64,000 nt of DNA, from positions 310,001 through 374,000 of the forward strand of contig NW_003314261.1 in assembly GCF_000143415.4 (NCBI RefSeq), in the 5' to 3' direction. The stretch comes from Selaginella moellendorffii. Taxonomy: Eukaryota > Plantae > Lycopodiophyta. The notes below the pieces were generated by a model. It saw only the letters and a program-made list of their open reading frames with translations, was not told where the DNA came from and made no database searches. Every line of letters begins with the position of its first letter. The first letter of the stretch is position 1. Shown piece after piece: positions 12,923-25,302 of this stretch. A program made the position numbers and the translations under genes.

Positions 12923-15489
12923 CATACTTGCATCCCAAACATTCGAACGCAACCAGATTCGAAATGGTATCGAACGTTTAATACCCATTTAGCTTTTTTT
13001 CGAATGGGTATAATGGTTTTCAGTTTTAATATAATTAAAAAATAATTAACTGTTACCAAACAAAGTTTAACATAATATAATATAGGTTTAATCTAATCTT
13101 TATCCTCCGAATCTAGAACATCATCACCACTAGTGCCGTCGTTATCAGGTTGTTGAAGAGGTTCTTCAACAACCTCCTGAAGTGCAAGGATCCTTTGCCA
13201 CTGAGGCTCAAGCTCAAGGTTATCAAGATCATGCTCAATAAGCCTCAAACTCCCGGACTTGATCTTCTATATGACACACATATTTGTATGCACAAAAACT
13301 AGCTTCTCTGAGTTTTTGGAGAGCAGTCGAGACGTCCTCTTCGTCTGGATCATGCTCCATGAGCTCCAGTTTCACTCGCATGGTGAAGCACAAACTGGCT
13401 GACTCAAGATCTGTAAGGCAAGCCTTTGAAGTTCTGGTGTGCCTGCACCAAAGTTGCTCCACCAACTCACCGGGTGTTTCCGGTTCTCCATCTATACAAG
13501 AGAATCAGTCTAAAAAGTTGACAAACAAACAATTTATATGCACTTGCTTTGCTGCCTTCGAAGAGAACAAACGGCCAAGTTGTTGACAAAAACTCTGAAA
13601 CTCGTGTAGCAGCTTGTGTTGAAGTCCTCGATCTCCTTTGCAATACAACTCTAGGTACTCCACAAAATCTTTCTGAGCCTCCTGGTCGAGAGGGAGATGA
13701 AGAAAAGTTGGGTTCAGAACAAAAGCAGCTCCATGCAAGATCGAATGCATCTGGAACCAACGAGCTGCTTTCCAACCTCCCTCGCCATGATCCTCCATCA
13801 TGAACCTGTTGATCTCCTTGACCTCTTCCTCGGCTAAAATCCCAGTCTCAACAGCCTCTGAAAGCTTCTCATTCATCTGGTCCATAGCCTCGAAAATGAG
13901 ACCGGAAGTTGCCCCCTCCCGGTCTGCAAGCTTCAAGACCTTGAGGAGCAGTCCAAGCAGCACCAACAAGTGCTGGCACCTAGTCTAAAAAGATTTCGGA
14001 GTCTCTTCTAAGATCCAAGTTCAAATGCGCTGGGCTTTGGCGGTCTTTGTGACGTCCAATTGCCGCCACTCGGAGCTCACAACCATCTCCTTCAATGCCT
14101 CCAAGGTTGTCAGATTCAGGAGCTGAGACATCACTAGAAACATGTAAGCAAACCTTGTGCTTGCCTGCTTGATGAGATCTTGATTGCTCAGCTTCCGAAA
14201 CAAAGCTAGAACACGAGGTTTTTTGGTGATAAAAGTTACCACCTCGTTGCAGCCTTTCACCAGTGGTTTTACCCATGACAAGCTCCCGATGTCTTTGAAG
14301 AGAAGGTCCAAGACATGGCACACACACCGGCTGTGGAGAATGTGAGGATACTCAGCTGTCATGAGTTCTCCCATCTGCACACAGTTTGATGCATTGTTGG
14401 TGATCACTTGAACAACATTTTCTTCACCAACTTCTTGAATCACTTTCTTCAGCTCAACCCAAATCCACTCTCCTGTCTTTGTCTTGCCCTTGGAATCTAC
14501 AGACTTCAAGAAAACCGAACCCTGGACGTTGGAAGCCATGAAGTTGATCAAGGATCGGCTACGGTTGTCAGACCAACCATCGGTGACGATGCTAACTCCA
14601 TATCTTCTCCACCCCTCACGGATTGGATCAAGTCGAGCATTGACACTATCATAAAGCTTCTTCAGCTGTGTACTCCACAGCTTCTCATATCCCATCATCT
14701 ATGCAAGAGCTCCAAGACCAAAGTCAATAGTAGCTTGAAGCAACTTCCTTAGATTTGACCTCCAAATGGTGTTGAAAGCGATATTTTCAATATAGAAGAA
14801 CTCGGCCATGGCATCATCCAGACATTAAACCTTTGCAGACTTCATCATCTTTCGAATGTCACCATCCAGCACCGGTGCAGCACTTCATTTAAGACTACAG
14901 CTCCCGGAAAGTGGAATGCTGCTGTTGCTCACCTTGCCTAGCCCTCCGGTAGCCCCACCACTTGCCCCACAGCTGGCACCACTGCTCACCTCACCGACCT
15001 CAGTCTCGTGAGTTAAGGCAAGTCTCTCTTGGGGACTTGTTGCAATCATGGAGCTCTTTGTGAGCTCCACACGATTAAAAGATGCCCAAGCCTTGTTGAC
15101 CACCTCTAGTGGCACCTGTCCTGTACAAATCTCTACATTCCTTCCTTTCACACCCCCAAGGTGAGTGCGAACTTGTTCAGCTGCGCTGGTGTAAGTATTC
15201 GAGCAATACTTACACTTCCATGGACTCACGCTATGGCTTGTCTCGGATGTCAGCCTCAATTTCAGAACATGAGCCCAGCTCCAGCATGGCTGCCTTCCTC
15301 CCCCATCCCGGACTTACCTCAATGCTTCCGGATCCCGCAAACCCTGACTTTACATGAACCCTAATCCTAACTAAAAGAAAGTATATTCTTTAGGGTTTTT
15401 TAAAAATATTCTTGGTGTTTAAACACCGTATTATACGCACGTTTTAAATGGCATTTTTTATTAATTGTACCCGTTCGAATGCAAGTATA
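12923..15489 (-). mobile_element. hAT DNA transposon with a frameshifted BED-zf / DUF659 / dimerisation-domain transposase
   Basis: TIRs CATACTTGCAT...ATGCAAGTATA. Perfect 8-bp TSD GTTGAAGC (12915-12922, 15490-15497). Subterminal TTCGAA repeats. ORF pieces: WKCKYC...RTHL (BED finger), GVSIVTDGWSD...QVITNNASNC...CVCHVLDLL...STRF, and LHGAAFVLNP. Confidence 0.93.
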
Positions 15490-16552
15490 GTTGAAGCATA
15501 TGTTGTTTCCCACACTACTAGCTAACTTAACCTTCTTATCCGTGGATTTATCCTTTTTCGCTTGACTCCCCCATATACTTGCTCATTGGCCACTGGATCT
15601 GCCTTTCCAAAACCTTAAAGACTCATTTTTAGAAAAACTCTTCTTGAATTTCCTTTTGCCGTGTGTCCCTCTTGGTTTGGTCTTTTTGCTAAATGTGGAT
15701 CCTGACCCCGTTGTGTTCCCCTTTTGTAGATATCATTGAAATGCACCTTAATAACTACATCCAATGCTTCTTTGTAGTTGGTTAGGTTTTAACACATCAC
15801 CTCGTCTTGAGCTTAGGTCTGCAAACTTGATATGAAGGCATGGAATACATCCATATCACCTATGTCTGTGACAAGTATCTTATTTGCTATAAATGCATTC
15901 ATATACTCTTGAATGGTTCCTATCTACTTCAGCCTACTTACCTTGTCCCTTAGGTGCAATGTAGCATTTGGAGGAACATAAGTTGCACGGATCCTCATCT
16001 TCATCATTTCCCAAGTGGCCACTTATCTTTTGTTAGCTTTTGTTATTCTCCACTAAGATTTAGCAATATTTGCCAAGTATGGTTTTGCATGTGGGACTTT
16101 TTCTGAGCTCAATAACTACAACGCTTGGAAGTAATCTTCTATATTATAAAACCAATCCTCCACCATCTTATAGTCATTCACTCCCTTGAAGGGTAGTGAG
16201 GGCTTTGGTTTGTACTTGGGAACTGTTTGAGAGACTAATTCCACTTTAGTTTGTTCAACCTTGTTCGGTTCCGCCTCAGTTCTTACTAAAGGGTCCACAC
16301 CTTCTACACTACCAATATCTGCAATCTTTTGTTTTTTCTTCCGCTTTTCATCATGCTTTAGCTTGTGTATAAGAGTCTTTAGTAGGGATTGGTCTATGTC
16401 AATTGTCCTTTTAGAATGTCCAATTGAGCCTTGGATGATTAAATCTTACTATTGGACTCCTATTTGGAAGTTTCTTCAAACTTCCAAATACTAGAGTCCT
16501 CCTCATTGTGGATAACCATGAAGCGGAACCTAAACCCTCCATATGCCATGTG

Positions 16553-16784
16553 TCACCACATATTTAGAGGACAGTGTGTAAGCTCCTGAGTTTGGACTTC
16601 CCGGGAGGTCACCCAGCCCAGTACTATTCAAACCCAAAGACGCTTAACTCCAAATATCCCAAGACCCTTCACCACATATTTAGAGGACAGTGTGTAAGCT
16701 CCTGAGTTTGGACTTCCCGGGAGGTCACCCAGCCCAGTACTATTCAAACCCAAAGACGCTTAACTCCAAATATCCCAAGACCCT
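16553..16784. repeat. Exact 116-bp tandem duplication spanning host LTR flank, TSD and the 5S-bearing part of the Cassandra-like LTR
   Basis: 16553-16668 is identical to 16669-16784, giving a second 5S core at 16594-16649. Confidence 0.93.
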
Positions 16785-16887
16785 TAACCAATTGGAAAAG
16801 GGGGTGCACTCTTATTCATGGGCCCTTTCCCTCTATATTTGAACCCTAACGGATCGTCTCTCGAGTCGTTCCCTTTGGTTGCTTACA
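16693..16887 (-). mobile_element. Cassandra-like solo LTR carrying a 5S rRNA internal-promoter core
   Basis: Ends TGTAAGC...GCTTACA, TSD CAGTG. The minus strand at 16710-16765 reads AGTTAAGCGTCTTTGGGTTTGAATAGTACTGGGCTGGGTGACCTCCCGGGAAGTCC, matching the A-box/IE/C-box part of plant 5S rRNA. It is absent from the sister LTR at 22861-23987. Confidence 0.88.
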
Positions 16888-19800
16888 CAGTGATGCAGAA
16901 TTTGAGTTTCAGAGCCTTGGGCCACTGAATGAAGGAACAATGCTAAACTCCCAAGCATGGGGCCAAAGAGCAAAGGAACCGGACCATGGAGCAACTCTTG
17001 AGCATACAGCCCAAGGAGTGAAGGGATAGGAGTACGAAATGACTTGGAATTGTCCTAGAACATCCAACATCCCAATGCCAGGACCAATATGCAAAATGAA
17101 GTCAAACAGGATTTAGTGCTATTTCAGCATACTGGTGGCCTAGCACAATCACATGGGTACTCCACTAGCTAGCATGGTGTGGAACTTGGGCTTATGGGCT
17201 TAGACCCAAGCCGGATGCAGAACAAGGATAGGCATGCAAGCATGAGCTAGACTATGCCTCATGTTGGTTGGCCATACCTAACCTACCCACTATCCCTACT
17301 ATACATTTGGAACCCCTCCCCCCCCCCTTAGGAACATATGTTTTGGGCTTTCACCCTAAGCCTCCTTTAGTACCAAGCATTAGTCTTTGGGACAAGTTTG
17401 AAACTTATTAAATATAGAATGTCCTTAGATTGCAAATTTGGACACGGGACGAACACCATTGTGTTCAGGACAATCTCTATATTCCGTAGATATGCCAAAT
17501 GAGCAAATCTAGACACTTTCCATAAATAACATTTGGGACTGAAATGAGACTAACACAAAGGGGATCATAGCGAGGGTGTTTGGCAAACACAAAACTATCA
17601 TCTAGCAATATTGAGGGACTAGTCTTAATACACAAGGGTTCTTGTCACTAGCCAGTGCAAGACATATTGAGATGGGAACTCCTTACCAGGCTAAGTATGA
17701 TTAGCTAATAACACGTAGAAATTTCGTCTTTATGCTTGTCTGGTCTAAGTACACTTGAAATGCCCAGTTAACTCCACTATCACAAGAGGGATTGATAAAG
17801 GGTCCAGCAATACCGACCTTATGCCGTCGTGGCAGTAAGGAAAGAGTGTTCGTAAGGATTGGTTGACAAATAACTTTCAATACTCGAAGTCATATTCGTG
17901 ACACTCTCCCCCCCTTAGGGAAGATCAACGTCCTCGTCGATGCTTACTCGAGTCTAGACCACTAGCAAAGAAACAACTCTAGAAAAATTTTATAGTGATC
18001 ACACTATATAAGAAATGCATCAACTTAAATGAGTTAAGGTAACTTTTTTGTCTAACATGGATGCACTACTAACTTAGACACCTTCCAACTATCGCCGACA
18101 AGGAAATCACCAACGGAGTTAGCCACCTTTGTTACTCTGGGTGTCACCTAACTTACAAAAGTGTGATATGCCCCTGCCCACAAGGATATAGAAAGAGAAG
18201 CCAGAGGCCCCAACCCTCCTGAGCAAAGAAACCAAACCCATCGATAAGGTTTAAATAGATTATTGTAAATAGGCAGGTAGAGTTATTTACACGGTCACGC
18301 CCTTTTTATTGGAATAAGGAACATTGATAGAGGGGTGTGTGATGTGACCAATCAATAGTAGCTACCCCATGACTAAAGATTTCACCATACACATGAAGTG
18401 CCAAAGCTAGTCTGCTTATACTGGCCCAAACTCAAATATCAATAAATGGACAATATCAAAGTCATAGACAATGATATCTTAGAGATTTAATTATTAGTGA
18501 TTAAAGCTTAGTATAGAACACAAAAGTATTCCAAGTAAGTTATTATCCGATAAACTAATATTTGAGTATAAAAACCACCAAAATCACTATCATAGGATTC
18601 ACTATCCAACAAAATTCAATAGCAAATGTATCATCGAAGTAAACTCAATGATAACACATAACTACTAAATTTTGTAGATAGTATGCCAAACAACTTACCA
18701 AAGACAACTCAAAGAACACAAAGTATCATCAACTAGCAAGTAAAATGCTCGTGAATGTATCACCCAAAGGAAATAACATCCAATCTATCAGAACCAACTG
18801 TAGTAATAATTAATGGAATAGAATGAATATTGCAAGACCAACAAACACTCGTTCATGCTAACTATCGCACTAATTAATCTGAATAGATCCTAGTAAATAA
18901 TACCAAATAACTAGAGTTGCCCAAGCAAACGTCAACAATGTCTTACTAATATCTCAAACCCAAGAGACTAATCTAGAGTAAACCACAAAGAATATGTGGT
19001 AATGCAAAAAGCCAAAAGCTATTAAAGAGAATAACTAACTATCATGTAAAATCATCAATCATCCTATCAATGAAGAGAAGCATAATCATCGTTGAAGAAA
19101 GAATTTATCATTTTAAAGAATAGCAAATCATTCTAGATCAACAATAATCAAATAAAACTTTTTATAAGGATAATAAACTATCCTAAATGATAGTCAATCA
19201 TCACCAATGATTGCTAAATGCAAAAGTCAACTTCAACATCGAAGCTAACAAACCAAAATGCTTTCCCCAACAACTCTTAACAAATGGAATAATAAGCATA
19301 ATAATTCAAAAAACCAAAAGCTCGAAGAAGTGTATAGCCAAGTCTTGCCTAGTAATGATCATGAGTCTCACATGAACTAACTTCAATGCTAAAGAAGAAA
19401 TCATAGTACAACCATTAATATCTTCTTCAACACATCCATAAGCTAAACTTCATAATGCTAAAGTTGATGAAGAGCATATTTGCATCATTACAAAAGCTAA
19501 ATATAATGAAACAATGCTCAACAAGTGATCATTAAACCGATCCTCCATGAATCCATCGATAATAAAATGTAACTCACTTTATAATAAGCACAAAAAGAAT
19601 TATCAATGATCGATATATTCTAACTCAAATTCAACAAAGATTCAAACATTTCAATATCGATCATTAACTCTTCCTCTTGTAAAGCTAATATAGTTCATGA
19701 TTAAATCACTTTTCAAGGAAAAGATAAAGCTCAACCCTTACTAAAAAATCTCATTTAGAACACAACTAATGCAATTTGCCATTCAGTTCATTTGAATTTC

Positions 19801-22800
19801 AATACAATTGCTAACTAGCAAATGCACAAATGTTAATAATACAGAGTTATAACTAAATCATCAACACTATCTTCATCAAGACTAATGAAACTCAATATAA
19901 ATCATAAGGAGAGACATCTCATCTGAATCTTAATATCAACAATAAGATATTACTTCAATGCCACCGACACTAGGACAAAGCTAGTAGAAAACAAGAGTGA
20001 GCACCACTCAAAACACTCTAGCAACCAAGCTAGCCAAAATCGAAGATACCTTAGTTAGTATCTGAGACCAAACCTTCAACAAACTCAATTATAAATAATA
20101 TATCATCAAAGAGTGAATCACCACATTTAAGATTCTATAAAATCCAACACCATAGATTAAACATAACCAAATGATATCGACAAAGGTGAAATCAATATGC
20201 CAACATGGAAAACCTATATAAGTCTAATGACACGATCTTTTGCAACACCATCTGGTAAAGCAAGCCCATCATTGCTAAATCATCATCGAGCGAAGCAAGT
20301 GTTAAATAATCTTTGACGAAGTTTACGAGCAATCACTAATTGTAGAGCAACCAATAATCACTTTTCAACTTTCTTTCATAAAACCCAAACACTAAACTCA
20401 TGTTATCAAGTTATATACTTTTCCATTATAAACGTAATACCCCATATACGAGACATTGGCCCATGGACAAGCACAAACTAAATGACCACTCGAATCCAGC
20501 TCAACCATAATAAGCTCACTAATGCGTTTAGCCAATAGCTCTGAGCATGCCTTGAAGAGGCTAGCTATACATGATCAACACTTAGTAAAAACTAAAGTGT
20601 AAATCATAAGATGGACAAATATCGGTACACAACTTCCTTATAGACAAAGCTATAGCATGGATACCAACATCTCAACCTCAAACAACTAAGTTGAACATCA
20701 TTATCCTCAACTAAAGCACAAAAATACCAAGACCAAGTCAAAATTAGTGAGAGCTCACTACTCTTATAAAGTCTTAACGAAATGCAAAGTGCAACCTATC
20801 ACCATGCATAATGCTACAGAAGAAAGGCACAAGGGTCACCTTTCTAGAAAAATGCAACAACCATTTTTCTACATCAACTCCAAACTCTATCCAACTTAAT
20901 TGCTTTAGCCCCAAAGATTTAACATCCCTTTTGGGTTACATCATACAAATTACCTACTAAGGTTTAAGCGAACTAAAGTCAACTCCAACCCCTTCACTAA
21001 TTTGTATTGGCTTTTGAAAAAGGAATGGTTTTTTAGCAAAGTGATTGAAAGATCAACTATTGGAAAAGCTTAAGAAAATTTGTGGAAAATTTTCCATCCT
21101 ATGATTCTCAGTTCAAGAATGCAAACTCTTAAGACTCAACCAACTTCCTCCTACTAACAACTTCACATAGGTTCACCTCAAACACAAATTCTCATGACTA
21201 ACAATATGTCTATGTATTGAACATCTTTGCCCATTTTTCTGACATCTAACACCGACATCCGCAAAATGCAAAAATGAACATCCAAGGTTTGATCATAAAA
21301 ACCACACCTTTGGATATTTACATTGCAATAACACTCTTTTTTTACCACCTTAAAGATCCAATGTAAAGCTAAAACACTAACATGAAAAATGACATGAAAA
21401 ATCAAGATCTAAGGAAAATTCCTTATCATTCGAAACAACAATGCCACTTCCATTAACACAAATGTTAGCGATGCTAATACTTCAACTACACATCTTCTCC
21501 ATCCAACAATTTACTCGAAGTGCTAACGGATCAACCAATAAGCTATAGCAAAGGAATGCTATAACCCTTTTCCAACACCTCAATGGGCAAACTCCTAGGA
21601 AACAAAGAATAAACTTAAGCTTAGCATAATAGTTCACCATTGAGAATTTAGTCAAAGTTATTTTAATGCTACTACGTGCAAGTAGACTAGCTTCACTATC
21701 AACCAATTTAGGGTTGATTATCATTTAACTAAGTAACCTTGTAAACACATTACTCACAATCATATGGATATGATATAAGTATCACAATGACTTGATCATC
21801 AATTGAGCAACACCACAAGCAATGCTTATATCATTACTTCAAAGGTTTATGTGAGTATCAAGTGCCAACTTGATTTGACAAAATGCAACATAAATGCCAC
21901 ACTCCACCAATAGAGATTTACAACACCTAATACCACTAATTTTTGTTCACAACACGAACAAACTCATGCCACTCTTTTTCCGACCAAACTCAAAATTAAT
22001 TCAACATTAAGCTACCCAAGGAGCAATAGCAAGGTTCTCCGGAAAAGAATTGAGTATTGCAACCTAAGTGTTCAATAATAAGTCTAGACAAAATGGCTTA
22101 GAGTTTCACCACTATCCATCCTACAACTCACCATTTATAAGACTATTATTTCCAATATGCATCAAGATAGGGACTCTTAATTGCATATTGTGAACATGAG
22201 CAAAGAGTTAACACCTTGTTGTAAATCATCTCTCCAAAAAGAGAAAATGATTTACATGTTTGATCCTTTATCCCTGATTACTCTCTTTTCAGTCTTATCT
22301 TTTAACTAAACCTCAAGCTTGCTTTCGCACTACCTTCAGTCTAATCCAAGAAAAGTTTATGAGAGAGCATGGCAATGACTACTTGAACCAAAAGACTAAT
22401 CCCTACAGTCCTAATTGATCCACTTATAATCATGCCTAGGAAAAATCCACTAGTGCCATGCTAAACAACTACAGACCAACCTATCTGCCACTTATAGCAA
22501 ACCTAGGGAAGGTTTACTTTCACCCATAGTACAAGGAACAACTCATAGAACCACTAATAAGTTAATATTAATCCTGCCAACGTAAAGTGTAACATTGAGT
22601 TGCTAATGTGCCTCACTCACGAGCCCAAGCGCAAACTCGTGCTAATGAAACATCTCAGTCCATCCTATGAGCCCAAGAGCAAACTTATGTAATACGGTAC
22701 AAAAAGGTAACTAAATTCCATACCCAAGGAACGAATGCGAAGCTTTTGTACTCAAACATGTACCCACTTGGATCATCGTTTTCATCTCTACGTATGCAAC

Positions 22801-24151
22801 GAGACTAGTTGCCCAATCTCATTAGATAGTACTCGCTGAGATTCATTCTCTGATACCAAATGTAACACATGTGGTTTTTACCCTTTATCCTATGGTGATT
22901 TACCATAGGATAACCACAAAGCGAAACCTAAACCCTCCATATGCCATGTATCATATGCCATATGCCATATGTCCAAAGAATAGTGGTGCGGAACCCGAGT
23001 TTTAGGTCCTTAGGTCACTATACAAAGGAACGGTGCTAAACTCCCAAGCATGGAGCCAAGGAGCAAGGGAACTAAACCATGGAACAACTATTGAGCATAC
23101 AGCCCAAGGAGTGAGGGGACAGGAGTACGGAGTGACTTGGAACAATCCTAGAGTAACCAGCATCCCAATGTTAGGACCAGCAAGCCAAACGGAGCCAAAT
23201 GGAGTCTGGCGCTATTTCGGTATATCAGTGGCCTAACGCGAGGACATGGGTACTCCATCAGCTAGCATGGAATGGAACTTGGGCTTAGACCCAAGCCGGA
23301 CACAGAACAAGGATAGGCATGCAAACAGAAGCTAAACTATACCTCAAGTTAATCAGCCATACCCGACCTAACCACTATCCCTACTATACATTGGGAACCC
23401 CCCACAGCCCCCCCCCCCCCTTCAGGAACACACGCTTTGGGATTTCACCCCAAGCCTCCCTTACTACTAGGAGTTAGTCTTTAGGATAATCTCGAAACTT
23501 ACTAAATATAGAATGTCCTTAGATTGTGAATTTGGATACAAGACGAACACCATTGTGTTCAAGACAATCTCTACATTGCGTAGATATGCCAAATGAGCAA
23601 ATTTAGACATTTTTCATAAATAGCATTTGGGACCAAAATAAAATTAACACAAAAGGCATGATAGCGAGGGTGTTTGGCAAACATGGTAAGCTATCATTCA
23701 GCAATATTGAGGGACTAATCTCAATACATGAGTGTTCTTGTCACTAGCCAGTGCAAGACATATCGAGAACCGGGCTAAGTATGCTTAGTTAATAACATGT
23801 AGGAATTCCATCCTTATGCTCGTCCGGTCTAAGTACACTCAAAATGCCCAGTTCACTCCACTAGCACAAGAGGGACTAATAAAGGGTCTAGCAATACCGA
23901 CCTTCTGCCGTTGTGGCAATAAGGAAAGAATGTCCATAAGGACTGGCCGACAGATAACTTTTGATAACCAAAGTCACATTCACGACACTCATGCAAGGAT
24001 TCCTCATCCATAGGTTCTTGTTCGACAAAAGGTTCCAACTCTAGAGGATGTTCCATCTCCGTCTTGGTTCTTTTATGCCCTACCTTTGCCATCTCCCAGC
24101 AATCTGCCCCTATCTTTTGCTAGAACTGAGGAAAAGGCTCTAATACCAAAT

Positions 24152-25302
24152 TGTAAGCCATAAATTTTTCCTTTCCAATTTGCCAGCTTACCTCGTCTAT
24201 CTGACCAACACTGCCTTGACCTTAGTTAAGTTCCCTTGCCAAGGTTCTCACCTATTATACCAGTTCCTACTTGGTTCTACTTAGTTTCAGCTACTCACTA
24301 CATGAGCAATAGGGCGTTAACCATCCATCTACGGATTCCCCAAATCTCTCCCAATCCCCCTCCTCGGGTTAAATTGGACTTACAGTTTGGCTACACTCCT
24401 CGCAGGCACAAGTAGCTAAGCACACCAAGCCTCTAGGTTCCTAACATTGACTTGATCATGGGACCCTCTAAATCCCAAGCCTTGGGTGCAACACTTGCTT
24501 TGGGACACCAAGGGGAAACACCATGGCCCAATTGCCCAATATAGGTACCTCTACATTCCCACTTCTGTCCCGAAGGGAAGGCCCAAGCCCCTAGGAAGGG
24601 GCGAGGACTAATGAGCCACAAGGTACTCAAGTGGGGCACCACTCCACATAAGCCGAAAGCATCGCAGTTGGTTTCTCTTTCGGGAGTGGGAGCTGCTCTT
24701 GAGCACTTCTTTGGGTCAGCACCATTCGAGTCCATGCTCACTCCCACCTAAGGCCCCTAAGCCCCCCCCAGTTTCAACCTCAACTCAGTTTGGAAGCACC
24801 ATTGGAGAGTTCTTTCAAGATTGGTTCATAAACCTCACTATCCCTATTATACCTACTACAGCCCCCCCCCCTCTCTTGCCTTGGGAGACGCACACCTTTG
24901 GGCTTTCACCCCACAACTTATATTAGTATTCGGACTTAGTCTAGGACTCGATCTTGGACTCGATCTCGGACCCAACCTCGGAGTCGGTCTTGGACTCGAT
25001 CTCGGACCCGATCTCAGACTCTATCTCGGACTCGACCTCAGACTCAGTCTCGGACCCGATCTCGAATCTCAGACACGATCTCATATCTCAGACTCGGTCT
25101 CGAACTCGGTCTTGGACTTGGTCTTGCACTCGATCTTGGAGTCGACCTTGGACTCGACCCCTGACTCTATCTCGAACTCGATCTCAAAGTTGGTCTTGGA
25201 CTCAATCTCAGACTCAATCTCATCCAATGAACTCTTTATCATTTTGATTATGCCTTTAAGGATCCTTTAGCCTACAACATCTTGGAGAGTTGATTCCTTA
25301 CA
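24152..25302 (-). repeat. 5' LTR of family B with an internal (CTCGGA/CTCGAT)-type hexamer array
   Basis: TGTAAG...CTTACA ends, adjacent PBS, and colinearity with 34908-36036. The hexamer array is at about 24930-25220. Confidence 0.85.

Larger units (their letters stand above)
16507..23987 (-). mobile_element. LARD-type non-autonomous LTR element (family A) inserted in the gypsy gag
   Basis: LTRs at 16507-17903 and 22861-23987 (TGT...ACA). 5-bp TSD CTCAT (16502-16506, 23988-23992). Met-tRNA PBS at 22848-22858, PPT at about 17904-17916. The ~5-kb interior has no recognisable gag/pol and no long ORF. Confidence 0.88.
8670..25302 (-). mobile_element. Decayed chromovirus-like Ty3/gypsy LTR retrotransposon (family B), 3'-truncated, hosting three nested insertions
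   Basis: 5' LTR at 24152-25302 (TGTAAG...CTTACA), PBS at 24137-24148, gag ATG at 24092. Gag continues at 16500-15498 and has a CCHC knuckle split by the hAT. Protease ILIDTGA at about 12690. RT ([15 protein letters not shown]...VMPFGLCN...VVVYINDILIY) at about 11500-12050. RNase H (ETDVSDFA...YTDN...NIVADVLS) at about 10880-11300. Integrase at about 8680-9990 ends in KVHPVFYINLFK. Confidence 0.88.

Noticed and set aside
16594-16765. 5S rRNA genes
   Set aside because: Only the ~56-nt internal promoter core matches. The 5' part and the terminator are absent, and the core lies inside an LTR with a TSD.
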